Shown here piece after piece: positions 9,949-17,730 of a stretch of 64,000 nucleotides of DNA. The notes under the pieces are model-generated. The model was not told where the DNA came from. It ran no database searches and worked only from the letters and a program-made list of their open reading frames with translations. The first letter of the stretch is position 1. Every line of letters starts with the position of its first letter. The translations under genes and the position numbers were made by a program. This stretch comes from a virus: positions 9,790-73,789 of the IMG/VR virus record IMGVR_UViG_3300044638_004201. One strand, given 5' to 3'.

Positions 9949-10203
9949 ATGACTAACGAAGTTATAAGTTTAGAGATTGACGCAGAAGAAGGCGCATTTA
10001 TTAATATGGGCTTGGCTCTGCTACTTGAGATGTTGAGTGAGGACATTGACAGGGTGGCGAACTTAAAGAAAGACCACCACCTAGAAAAGTTGATGTTCCT
10101 TATGGATACAAAAATGGGCGTAGGTAGTTTGTGGCGCAAGGTTCTAGTTACCTGTGGTGCTGACCCTGAGGACATAGCAGAACACCTAAGAGAGCAGAAC
10201 TAA
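9949..10203 (+). CDS. Hypothetical protein
   Basis: GAAAGGGGG RBS; promoter TTGACA 9893. Confidence 0.6.
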   Translation: MTNEVISLEIDAEEGAFINMGLALLLEMLSEDIDRVANLKKDHHLEKLMFLMDTKMGVGSLWRKVLVTCGADPEDIAEHLREQN

Positions 10204-10205
10204 TA

Positions 10206-10376
10206 ATGGTAATCAAAGAAGTAGAGTTGGAATACACGCCAAACACTCTTGCTAAGTTGGTAAGAGATAACTACGGAAAAAATGCCGTTGAGTATTTGAT
10301 TGGCAGACTAACTAGCGTCATAGACGAAAGACAACTAAAAGTTTTGATTGACTATGAAAGAGGTAAAAATGGATAG
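10206..10376 (+). CDS. Small hypothetical protein (56 aa)
   Basis: Read manually; fills operon gap. Confidence 0.5.
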   Translation: MVIKEVELEYTPNTLAKLVRDNYGKNAVEYLIGRLTSVIDERQLKVLIDYERGKNG

Positions 10377-10602
10377 CATACTTCTCAGTAGAACTGTGAT
10401 GTTTGTTGGCGATTACTTTACGCTAATGACCACTATTGTCTTAGACGAAAAACTACGCAACGAAAATGAAAGCGACAATGACTTTGCGGTTCGTGTTGCC
10501 TCTATTTTTATGAACGAGTATTACGGATTTGATGTTGAGGCAGTATCTAATAGCATTGGTGTTGTTGATGAAAATGGAGATGAGGTAGAGGAAGATGTCT
10601 AA
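10369..10602 (+). CDS. Hypothetical protein
   Basis: GAGG RBS before ATG 10369. Confidence 0.55.
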   Translation: MDSILLSRTVMFVGDYFTLMTTIVLDEKLRNENESDNDFAVRVASIFMNEYYGFDVEAVSNSIGVVDENGDEVEEDV

Positions 10603-10939
10603 CCTTGACTTTCTAGTATCTATTACTGAAGCCATTGAAACTGGCAAAGTAGATAATCAACTGGACACGATTGCTAAAGCAATTCAAGAGCGAAAGAACT
10701 TGTTGCGAACAGGAGTATCCATAGACGACTTCTCCATTGGGGATAGGGTTGTTATCAACGAAAGATGTGGCACAAAGTATTTGCGTGGTGAAGTAGCGAC
10801 CATTGTTGGTATTCGCAGAACCAAGATAACAATTCAGTTTGATAACCCTTCGGGCAGATTTGTTCGCAAGAACTCAGACGGAACTATCTACTCCTCAGAT
10901 GTGGTTGTGCCGATTGAGATTGTTGATAGGAAAAAGTAA
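10595..10939 (+). CDS. Hypothetical protein with SH3/KOW-like C-terminus
   Basis: FSIGDRVVI...GEVATIVGI pattern. Confidence 0.6.
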   Translation: MSNLDFLVSITEAIETGKVDNQLDTIAKAIQERKNLLRTGVSIDDFSIGDRVVINERCGTKYLRGEVATIVGIRRTKITIQFDNPSGRFVRKNSDGTIYSSDVVVPIEIVDRKK

Positions 10940-10968
10940 AAAACCTAAAAGTATGTTAAAGTGGTAAC

Positions 10969-11072
10969 TCCTTAGGTGTGGGAGTTATCCCCCTTTCACC
11001 CACCCTGAGATGAGAGTGGCATACCCTTCCACTCCGCTAACCTCTTTCTCCCTGTCTGAGACTGGGGTTAGT
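10969..11072 (+). ncRNA. Candidate three-hairpin sRNA with anti-SD-like loops
   Basis: Extended -10 TGtTAAAGT (10954-10962); loops TTATCCCCCTTTC, CATACCCTT, (C)CCTGTCT on G-U-containing stems. Confidence 0.55.
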
Positions 11073-11158
11073 GTCTAGAACTACTTGACTTCTGTGCGGT
11101 TTATGTTATGTTATAAAATCTAAAATCACTTCTTACAGACCCCATTACTATTTTGTGT

Positions 11159-11404
11159 ATGGAAATTGTCTCTAAGGATTATCACCCAAATGGTTCGGCT
11201 GCACCTTTTATGATTGCGATTGTTGATGACCCTGCGGACGGGGACACTAAACTGGTAATAATGTTTGATGAAACTGACTATGTTGCGGTTTTATCACTTG
11301 ACTCTCTACAAAGAGACGAGGACATTTCAGCAAGAAACAATGGATACCACGGGGATAGATACGAAAGATTGCGTTTAGACTTGTGGGACGGGTTTGCTGG
11401 CTAG
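11159..11404 (+). CDS. Hypothetical protein
   Basis: In frame with track ORF 11153..11404. Confidence 0.55.
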   Translation: MEIVSKDYHPNGSAAPFMIAIVDDPADGDTKLVIMFDETDYVAVLSLDSLQRDEDISARNNGYHGDRYERLRLDLWDGFAG

Positions 11405-11441
11405 GCAAAAAGTAAAAACTTACGAGGGTTGAGGGTGCGCT

Positions 11442-12008
11442 GTGACTACGATTGCTGCTGTTCAGGGTGAAAACTGGGCTGTCGTTGGTTATGACTCACG
11501 AGTAACTGAAGAAAACGAAAAGATTTACACACTTCCAAAAGATAATGGGAAGTTATTTAAGAACGGGGCATACCTTATTGGGGTAGCCGGCGACATGAGG
11601 GCTATCAACTTATTATCATTTGTGTTCAAGCCGCCTGCAATAACACCAACAACTTATGGAGTTAAACTCGACAAGTTTATGACTGCCATTTTTATACCTG
11701 AACTGAAGAAATGCTTTGAGGACAACTCATACTCAAAAGATGGCGACCAAGATAGCCAAGTGATGGTTCTTATAAATGGAACTGTCTATGAGATTGGCAA
11801 CGACTATTCGTGGGCACGGGACGAGAGTGGGGTTTATGCCATTGGTTCTGGAAGTGCTTACGCTCTGGGTGCTTTGCTGGGGACTCTAGAAACAAGAAAG
11901 AGGACTCTGGCAACTGCCAAGACGCTAATCAGACAAGCATTGACTATCTCTGCCAAACTTGACCCTAACACAAGTGCGCCTATCTATATAAATGTGCAGC
12001 ATTTTTAA
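11442..12008 (+). CDS. HslV/proteasome-beta-like Ntn-hydrolase (threonine protease)
   Basis: M-TTIAA start giving N-terminal Thr, DSRVT, GVAGD, AIGSGSAYALGAL. Confidence 0.85.
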   Translation: MTTIAAVQGENWAVVGYDSRVTEENEKIYTLPKDNGKLFKNGAYLIGVAGDMRAINLLSFVFKPPAITPTTYGVKLDKFMTAIFIPELKKCFEDNSYSKDGDQDSQVMVLINGTVYEIGNDYSWARDESGVYAIGSGSAYALGALLGTLETRKRTLATAKTLIRQALTISAKLDPNTSAPIYINVQHF

Positions 12009-12235
12009 TACCTAGTTAAGGCAAACTACAAACAACTTCTGTGCTGTGAGGACCGGCGTGCCGTAGATTTTTACTTTTTGCTGATGCACTGCTGCCGCTG
12101 CTGGTGACCTTCTGGAATTGTTGGTAGTCGTTAATACCTGGTTGAACAACCTATGAAACGATTTGCGTTAGCCCTTGTAAAAATAATTTGCGACACTACT
12201 TGACTTGCCTATCCTAAAATGCTATCCTTCAGTTA

Positions 12236-12312
12236 TTCGGTAGGGGGAAGTCGCTGGTCACCTGAACGCCTATAACTTGCAAGGGGCGGAAACAATACGA
12301 CTCCCTACCGAA
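12236..12312 (+). ncRNA. Structured 5' leader / small RNA
   Basis: TTCGGTAGGG(GGA)AGTCG...CGACTCCCTACCGAA closing stem starting at the TSS of promoter TTGACT 12200/TATCCT 12223. Confidence 0.45.
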
Positions 12313-12328
12313 CCTAAAAGGGGGAAAA

Positions 12329-12559
12329 ATGGATTCAGTAGAGTTTGACGAGTTTGGCAGAGTTTATCTTCGCCCAACTTATTACGCGGGTCGTGGTATT
12401 GCGGGGCCGGGTAGAACACCAACAAAAATAAACACAAAGATTCGTTTCTGCGTTATCTGCGAAAAGAAACTTTCTATTTACAACACCGACAAAGATAATG
12501 TTTGCTTTAGCGATACCTGCGAAAAAAAGTTTCAAGACTCAAAAAAGAATAAGAAATAA
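12329..12559 (+). CDS. Zn-finger-like hypothetical protein
   Basis: CVIC...CFSDTC; AAGGGGG RBS. Confidence 0.55.
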   Translation: MDSVEFDEFGRVYLRPTYYAGRGIAGPGRTPTKINTKIRFCVICEKKLSIYNTDKDNVCFSDTCEKKFQDSKKNKK

Positions 12560-12623
12560 TACTTGACTTTACTTTGGTAAAGTGTTACACTTGCTACAAC
12601 AACAACTTACAGGGGGTAAGTAA

Positions 12624-12752
12624 ATGTCCGACATGATTCTAAAGCACCTAGCACTCTATGCGAGTGGCAAGGTTGTCCCTATTTGCGGTGAGTGCGAGAA
12701 AGCACTTACACCCAATGAAATTGGGTATGGACACGATTGTGAGGTAGCGTAA
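12624..12752 (+). CDS. Small CxxC...HxC protein (42 aa)
   Basis: Read manually; AGGGGG RBS; promoter TTGACT 12563. Confidence 0.5.
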   Translation: MSDMILKHLALYASGKVVPICGECEKALTPNEIGYGHDCEVA

Positions 12753-12985
12753 TGAACACTATCTCAATGAGTTATCACTTGCGTGGAAACTTTTATCCAC
12801 CACTACCACTTGACTATGCAGAACCTGCTATCAAGGCTTGGGAGTTTTATCAAGAAGAAAACTATGATGCGGTAGTCGTATTACCTGCCGACATAGTGCC
12901 TCACCCTGCTACTGCCGTAAAGACAGATGCTGGTTGGGAAATAACTGCTAGCGAACTTGTAAGAATACTTAGATTGGATAGGTAA
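12752..12985 (+). CDS. Hypothetical protein
   Basis: ORF track; TAATG coupling. Confidence 0.6.
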   Translation: MNTISMSYHLRGNFYPPLPLDYAEPAIKAWEFYQEENYDAVVVLPADIVPHPATAVKTDAGWEITASELVRILRLDR

Positions 12986-13302
12986 TGAGCACACTAACAG
13001 AAGTATTTGATACTTTGGTAAAAGAAAGAGTTAGCGAGGCTAAGGCTATTGCCTTTGATACTTGCCACAAGATTTATCTGCTTATGGACAATGAACAGGT
13101 AGAACTAATGAGAACTTATGGCTACGACCCACTTATTACTAAAGAAGATGCCACACCTGATGTAATGCTTGCGACACTGCAAGAGTGGTATGAAGATTCT
13201 TGCGGGCTTAGATTTATTGAAGCGGTTAGCACTAATCACGAAAATCCTAATGCTGGATTCGAAACCCTAATTGGTCAAGGAGATTTTGCTGAAGACGACT
13301 AA
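12985..13302 (+). CDS. Hypothetical protein (FDTCHKIY family)
   Basis: ORF track; TAATG coupling. Confidence 0.65.
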   Translation: MSTLTEVFDTLVKERVSEAKAIAFDTCHKIYLLMDNEQVELMRTYGYDPLITKEDATPDVMLATLQEWYEDSCGLRFIEAVSTNHENPNAGFETLIGQGDFAEDD

Positions 13303-13314
13303 CAAACAATTAGA

Positions 13315-13342
13315 AATGCCCCGCCTAGTGCGGGGTATTTTT
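13315..13342 (+). terminator. Intrinsic terminator
   Basis: ATGCCCCGC-CTAGT-GCGGGGTAT + T-tract. Confidence 0.8.
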
Positions 13343-13486
13343 ATTTAATTTGCAGTGGGACGCTGTGGCAAAAAGTAAAAACCTGCAATAGCGCCCAGTG
13401 CATTTGCACACTACAAACAATTTGAGAAGTCTAAAATCCCAGAAACCCTGACCCAAATGATGTGAAGACAAAACGGACATTTTGCC

Positions 13487-13502
13487 TGTGAAATAGGTCA
13501 CA
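13487..13502. promoter_or_regulatory. Perfect CRP/GlxR consensus box
   Basis: TGTGA-AATAGG-TCACA. Confidence 0.65.
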
Positions 13503-13578
13503 AAAATAATCCATTGAGAAATGCCTACCTCAATCGTCATAAGAGGTAGAGGGAAAAACAGAAAGGAGGAAAGCCTCA

Positions 13579-13671
13579 ATGGAAAAGACACTACAACAGA
13601 AACTAGACGAACTAAGTAAAGCCTTAGAACCTGTCCTGTGGGATTTGCTAGATGAAGTGGAGAAAGACTAA
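13579..13671 (+). CDS. Small protein (30 aa)
   Basis: GAAAGGAGG RBS; read manually. Confidence 0.5.
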   Translation: MEKTLQQKLDELSKALEPVLWDLLDEVEKD

Positions 13672-13744
13672 GAGTCATTGACTTTTGGCTTACTTAATCG
13701 TCGTTAATAAGTAGAGGGATAAATAATCCCAAGAGGAGGAAGAA

Positions 13745-13912
13745 ATGCTAAAACTGAAACAAACAAGAAAGGCAAGAAAGCAATACGAGCCAGAAGATGA
13801 GTTAGTGCTAGTAATGGACACACCTGACCTAGACGCTATGGAACACGAAGCCTTTAGGCTCAACACGGAAGTTTGGCTAGATGAAGTCTTAGGTTTGGGT
13901 GGGGGTGAATAA
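13745..13912 (+). CDS. Small protein (55 aa)
   Basis: GAGGAGG RBS; read manually. Confidence 0.5.
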   Translation: MLKLKQTRKARKQYEPEDELVLVMDTPDLDAMEHEAFRLNTEVWLDEVLGLGGGE

Positions 13913-13980
13913 AAGGTATTTGACTTTTGTTTAGAGATGTAGTAAGATTAACTTATCAAAGAAGGAAGGGGGTGAAATAA

Positions 13981-14205
13981 ATGATTTCTTTCGGAGATTT
14001 TGTAAATTGGGTAGAGCCTAATGGCAACTACGAGAACTACTGTATTCAATGCGGACGCAAGACAGGTAAGAACGCTTACCTAGTAAATGTATCCACAGGT
14101 GGTGCGGTGCTACACCCAGCCAGCGAAGCAGACTCACAGGGGTTCTGGAACATAGGCAGAGAGTGTGCCAAAGAGTTTGATAAAGCGGTTCTGGTCAAGA
14201 ACTAA
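13981..14205 (+). CDS. Zn-binding hypothetical protein
   Basis: CIQC...GREC; own promoter (13920) and terminator (14225-14251). Confidence 0.6.
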   Translation: MISFGDFVNWVEPNGNYENYCIQCGRKTGKNAYLVNVSTGGAVLHPASEADSQGFWNIGRECAKEFDKAVLVKN

Positions 14206-14371
14206 AGCCCAACAGATTTTAGAGAAGCCCCCGTTGATGCGGGGGTTTTTTCTTTGGCAACTATAAACAACTTGGTCAAATCGAGGGCCCGGTGGTGCAT
14301 TAGCAAAAAGTAAAAACTCTCCTTCAGATCCGCTGCAAGTAAAAACAACTTGGGTTGTTTGCTGAAGGGAC

Positions 14372-14401
14372 TTGACAAATGTCAGGAAGGTTTGATAGTA
14401 T
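14372..14401 (+). promoter_or_regulatory. Promoter with GTCAGGAAGG operator in spacer (repeated at 14667 and 15277)
   Basis: TTGACAAATGTCAGGAAGGT-TGATA duplicated at 14372 and 14667. Confidence 0.65.
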
Positions 14402-14426
14402 GTGGATACCTAAGAAGGGGGAACTT

Positions 14427-14660
14427 ATGTTTAGAGATTGGCTATTCGGTGATTTCAAATACGCATACCGAACAACGAAGGTAGAGAAGATTATCTATAA
14501 GAAAATCGCTTTAGTAGTTATTGCGGTTCTGTTCATTATGATAATGATTGACGCCTCTGCTCTAGGTCTTGTTCTGTTCTTTGGTCTTGGCTGGTATGCC
14601 AAGCAAAAGTATGACTTGAAAAAGAAAGTAGTGCGTAAGCGCAAGAAAAAAGTTTCATAA
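14427..14660 (+). CDS. Membrane protein
   Basis: Two hydrophobic segments, basic tail; AAGGGGG RBS. Confidence 0.6.
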   Translation: MFRDWLFGDFKYAYRTTKVEKIIYKKIALVVIAVLFIMIMIDASALGLVLFFGLGWYAKQKYDLKKKVVRKRKKKVS

Positions 14661-14719
14661 GCCGATTTGACAAATGTCAGGAAGGTATGATAAACTCTCC
14701 ATAGAAAGGGGAAATACAA

Positions 14720-15253
14720 ATGAACACTTCTCCACAAGATGAAGCACTAGAACTACTAGAAACAAAAATAGCACCACGCTCTTATACGATTGACTATCCA
14801 AAAGAATTGTGGTCTGAGTTATTGCCCGGCTTATGGCAGGGTGGAACTGATGATGACGACATTTATGACCAACTAGCAACGCCAGCAATTACAAAAAAGA
14901 ACTTTGATTTTGTGATTACAGCCTACGCTTGGGCTAATCCTGTTGATTGGTTTGTCAAGGAAATCCGTTTCGGATTTTATGACAGCGACATGGCAGACTT
15001 TGACCCAAATGATTTACAAGGAATTGTTCGTATGGCTCACGCAGAGTGGAAGCGAGGACAGCGTGTCCTTATTCGTTGCCAAGCAGGTATGAACCGAAGT
15101 GGTCTAATTATGGCTCTAGTCCTTATTCGTGAGGGCTACACGCCACAAGAAGCGATTGACTTGATACGGGCTAAGAGAAGCAAGCACGCCTTGTTCAATG
15201 GTCGCTTTGAGAAGTGGCTGAGTGAAGTTGATGTTTCGGCGTGGAGAAACTAA
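14720..15253 (+). CDS. Dual-specificity / protein-tyrosine phosphatase
   Basis: P-loop VLIRCQAGMNRSG (CX5R), SELLPGLWQG, AIDLIRAKR. Confidence 0.9.
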   Translation: MNTSPQDEALELLETKIAPRSYTIDYPKELWSELLPGLWQGGTDDDDIYDQLATPAITKKNFDFVITAYAWANPVDWFVKEIRFGFYDSDMADFDPNDLQGIVRMAHAEWKRGQRVLIRCQAGMNRSGLIMALVLIREGYTPQEAIDLIRAKRSKHALFNGRFEKWLSEVDVSAWRN

Positions 15254-15350
15254 GACACGCCGAAAGTCAGGAAGGTTTGACAAAAGGTCAGGAAGGCTGT
15301 AATCTTAGGGTATTGACTAGGAAAGTCAATAGAAAAGGGAGAAAGACAAA

Positions 15351-15506
15351 ATGAAAACAGAAGCAAAGTTTATTAGACGCAGAATTGCCGTTGGACTTAT
15401 TTTGCTTGCTTTGTTCGCTTGGGCTCTTGACGCTACTACACCTGAGATGTGTAAAGTGCCGACAGAACAAATGAATCAATTTTGTTTAGACCTGTTGTAT
15501 CCATAA
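15351..15506 (+). CDS. Small membrane/secreted protein (51 aa)
   Basis: RRR + hydrophobic stretch; RBS AAGGGAG; read manually. Confidence 0.5.
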   Translation: MKTEAKFIRRRIAVGLILLALFAWALDATTPEMCKVPTEQMNQFCLDLLYP

Positions 15507-15527
15507 TAACTAAAGGGGGTAGTAATA

Positions 15528-15779
15528 ATGTCAGGTTGGAGAACTAAAAAAGCAAATGCTTTAGCAAAAAGAGAAGCCTCTTTTATCAAAAGCAGAGAAA
15601 GACTTAGCACACCTCGTGCGGAGTTTTTACTAAAGTTTGCTTTTATGAGTGATGAGCAGTTTGAGAAATGGTCTGAACTAAAGACAAGTGCCGAAGCAAG
15701 AGCCTTTATGGAAGCACTACCAATGCCTCAAATAAAAACAAATGAAGTGTTTATCAAACTAGACAAAGAAGAAAGATAG
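15528..15779 (+). CDS. Hypothetical protein
   Basis: AAAGGGGG RBS. Confidence 0.55.
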   Translation: MSGWRTKKANALAKREASFIKSRERLSTPRAEFLLKFAFMSDEQFEKWSELKTSAEARAFMEALPMPQIKTNEVFIKLDKEER

Positions 15780-15792
15780 GGAAAAAGTAAAA

Positions 15793-16284
15793 ATGAAGAA
15801 ATGTATAAATGCTACTTGCGAAAGCACGGAGTTAGTTTATTCAGGCGTAGATGCGTTCTTGCTTGGTGGTATTGAAACAGAGAAGTGGTGCTACACCTGC
15901 GCCAATGCGATTGCTTTATCTAACAGGAAGGAAGAATCAAATGTTGCTTGATAATGGAACAATGTTCGCAATAATTATTGCGCTTGCGGGTTCATGCTTT
16001 GTTATGGTTGTTGGTATCAGAGCGCAAGGTAAGTTGATACGGGAGAACAACAGACTTCGTAAAGAACTAACTGAACTTCACTACGAGAAGGTGAAGGGAG
16101 GAATCTAATGGAAGAAACTAATGTAATGCTTGACCCAATGGATTGCGGTCTTGCCTGTCAGTTTGAGTGGATAGAAGTATCATCAAACTTCTTCAGCGTT
16201 GCTGTCTATACACCTGCGTTGATAGTTGGTGTGCTTTCTTATTTCATCTACAAAGCGATAAAAAAGAAGAAACGAAAGGCGTAA
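15793..16284 (+). CDS. Three small overlapping ORFs (15793-15951 Cys-rich; 15941-16108 and 16108-16284 single-TM)
   Basis: Read manually; coupled start/stop codons. Confidence 0.45.
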
Positions 16285-16291
16285 TTCAGAA

Positions 16292-16495
16292 GTGGCAAAA
16301 AGTAAAAAGATAGAGATTGATGCTGCAAAGTTATACAACTCTGGTCTTGCCATAGATGATGTGGCTGAAGAACTTGGTGTCTGTTATAGGACAGCGAGGA
16401 AAGCGATTCGTAGTAGTGGAGTTGTTTTGAGAGACCCTTCAGCCCGTCTCAGAGGTAGAACTAGCCCTAAAAGAAAGAAGGCAGGAAATGAATAA
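16292..16495 (+). CDS. Helix-turn-helix DNA-binding protein
   Basis: LYNSGLAIDDVAEELGVCYRTARKAI HTH pattern. Confidence 0.75.
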   Translation: MAKSKKIEIDAAKLYNSGLAIDDVAEELGVCYRTARKAIRSSGVVLRDPSARLRGRTSPKRKKAGNE

Positions 16496-16643
16496 TCTCA
16501 ATGTAGTTTGGTCTGCGGTAGTTGCCAGCGTGGCATCTGCGCTCGCTGTTGTAATGGCTATCTGGGGAGACTCAGATGTGTCCTTAGCCCTCGGCGCTGT
16601 GGCGATTACTTCGGCTGTTCTGTCCATAAGGGAGAAACCTTAG
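16488..16643 (+). CDS. Small two-TM membrane protein
   Basis: Read manually; hydrophobic. Confidence 0.5.
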   Translation: MNNLNVVWSAVVASVASALAVVMAIWGDSDVSLALGAVAITSAVLSIREKP

Positions 16644-16681
16644 GACTTGATTTCCTGTCAATAGTATGACATAATGAAGTT

Positions 16682-16737
16682 GGACTAGAGGCTCTCTGAC
16701 ACAAACCTTCCCCCGTCAGAGGGTCTCTATTCTTTTG
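16682..16737 (+). ncRNA. Candidate single-hairpin sRNA with C-rich loop
   Basis: Promoter TTGATT 16647-17-CATAAT 16670; 15-bp stem TAGAGGCTCTCTGAC/GTCAGAGGGTCTCTA, loop ACAAACCTTCCCCC; T-rich tail. Confidence 0.6.
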
Positions 16738-16796
16738 GCGTGTCGCTTGACAAAGAACTTGGACTATTGTATTGTTGTCTATGAAAGGGGAAGAAA

Positions 16797-16913
16797 ATGA
16801 CAAAAACCAAGAAAAAACAAATCATTTACATAGCCTGTTGGAAGTGCGGTAGCCAGTTTTCCCTGTATGAAAACGACTACAACCACGGGGCTTGTTGCGG
16901 AAAGTGCCTGTAA
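16797..16913 (+). CDS. Small Zn-finger protein (38 aa)
   Basis: CWKC...CGKC; GAAAGGGG RBS; promoter 16747. Confidence 0.5.
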   Translation: MTKTKKKQIIYIACWKCGSQFSLYENDYNHGACCGKCL

Positions 16914-17097
16914 AAGGCTACCTTCCTGACTTTCCTGTGATAGAGTATTACCTATGAACGACATACGACCTAACGACAAACTTAGGAAAGGTAAGTAATA
17001 CCTGTCTCCCCAATGAGGGTGGCTCGGTTGGCTTAGTCAGCAACCCAACTGCGGTTTATACAACGCAGAGTCCATGTCCCCAAACAAAGGAAAATCA

Positions 17098-17730
17098 ATG
17101 CAGAAAACTAAGAGCAGAGTTGTCGAACAAATCTTGAGCGTATTGCTTTCGGTTGGAGTTATTTCGACTTTCTCTACCTATGTTCAAGCGTCCAACGCAG
17201 ACGAACAAAAAGTAAAAACTGTTGTCGAAGTGCAGCAGCAACAGCAAGAAAAGAAAACCTACGAACAACTTATCGAGGCTGAAATCGTCGCCCATAAGGA
17301 AAAAATCAAGGCTCTACAACTCCAGAGGTTTGCTGACCAGCGAACCACCTTCACGGACGAAGAACTCGCTCAACTGCTCTATGCCGTTGGGTTTGAGGGC
17401 AAAGCCCTAAAGGTCGCTTGGGCTGTTGTGAAGAAGGAGTCTAATGGTCGCCCTATTGCCTTCAATGGCAATACAAGAACAGGCGACTCTTCATACGGAA
17501 TCTTCCAGATTAATATGATTGGCGGACTAGGAGTAGACCGCCGAGAAAAGTTTGACCTCAAATCAAATGCGGAACTATTCAACCCAGTAGTCAATGCTGA
17601 GATTGCTTATCACATGAGTAATGGTGGCGAAAAATGGGAGGCTTGGAAAGTTGGTAGCGGGTATAATGGTGTAGACCAAGAACGCTATGAATCTTGGCTC
17701 AAGAAGTTTCCCGAAGGAGTAACCCCTTGA
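17098..17730 (+). CDS. Secreted lytic transglycosylase / lysozyme-like protein
   Basis: N-terminal signal/TM, KKESNG catalytic Glu, SYGIFQIN, LFNPVVNA. Confidence 0.85.
   Translation: MQKTKSRVVEQILSVLLSVGVISTFSTYVQASNADEQKVKTVVEVQQQQQEKKTYEQLIEAEIVAHKEKIKALQLQRFADQRTTFTDEELAQLLYAVGFEGKALKVAWAVVKKESNGRPIAFNGNTRTGDSSYGIFQINMIGGLGVDRREKFDLKSNAELFNPVVNAEIAYHMSNGGEKWEAWKVGSGYNGVDQERYESWLKKFPEGVTP

Noticed and set aside
12250-12300. Hammerhead ribozyme (CTGA...GAAAC)
   Set aside because: Core reads CTGAACG, not CUGANGA, and a stem III/cleavage triplet is not evident
4118-16737. Minus-strand CsrA/RsmA-sponge reading (GGA loops) of the hairpin family
   Set aside because: G-U pairs work only on the + strand and the promoters point in the + direction
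16953-17097. c-di-AMP (ydaO) riboswitch before the transglycosylase
   Set aside because: The expected GCUGAAUC / GGGGAACC / GGGUGAAU-type conserved blocks are not visible
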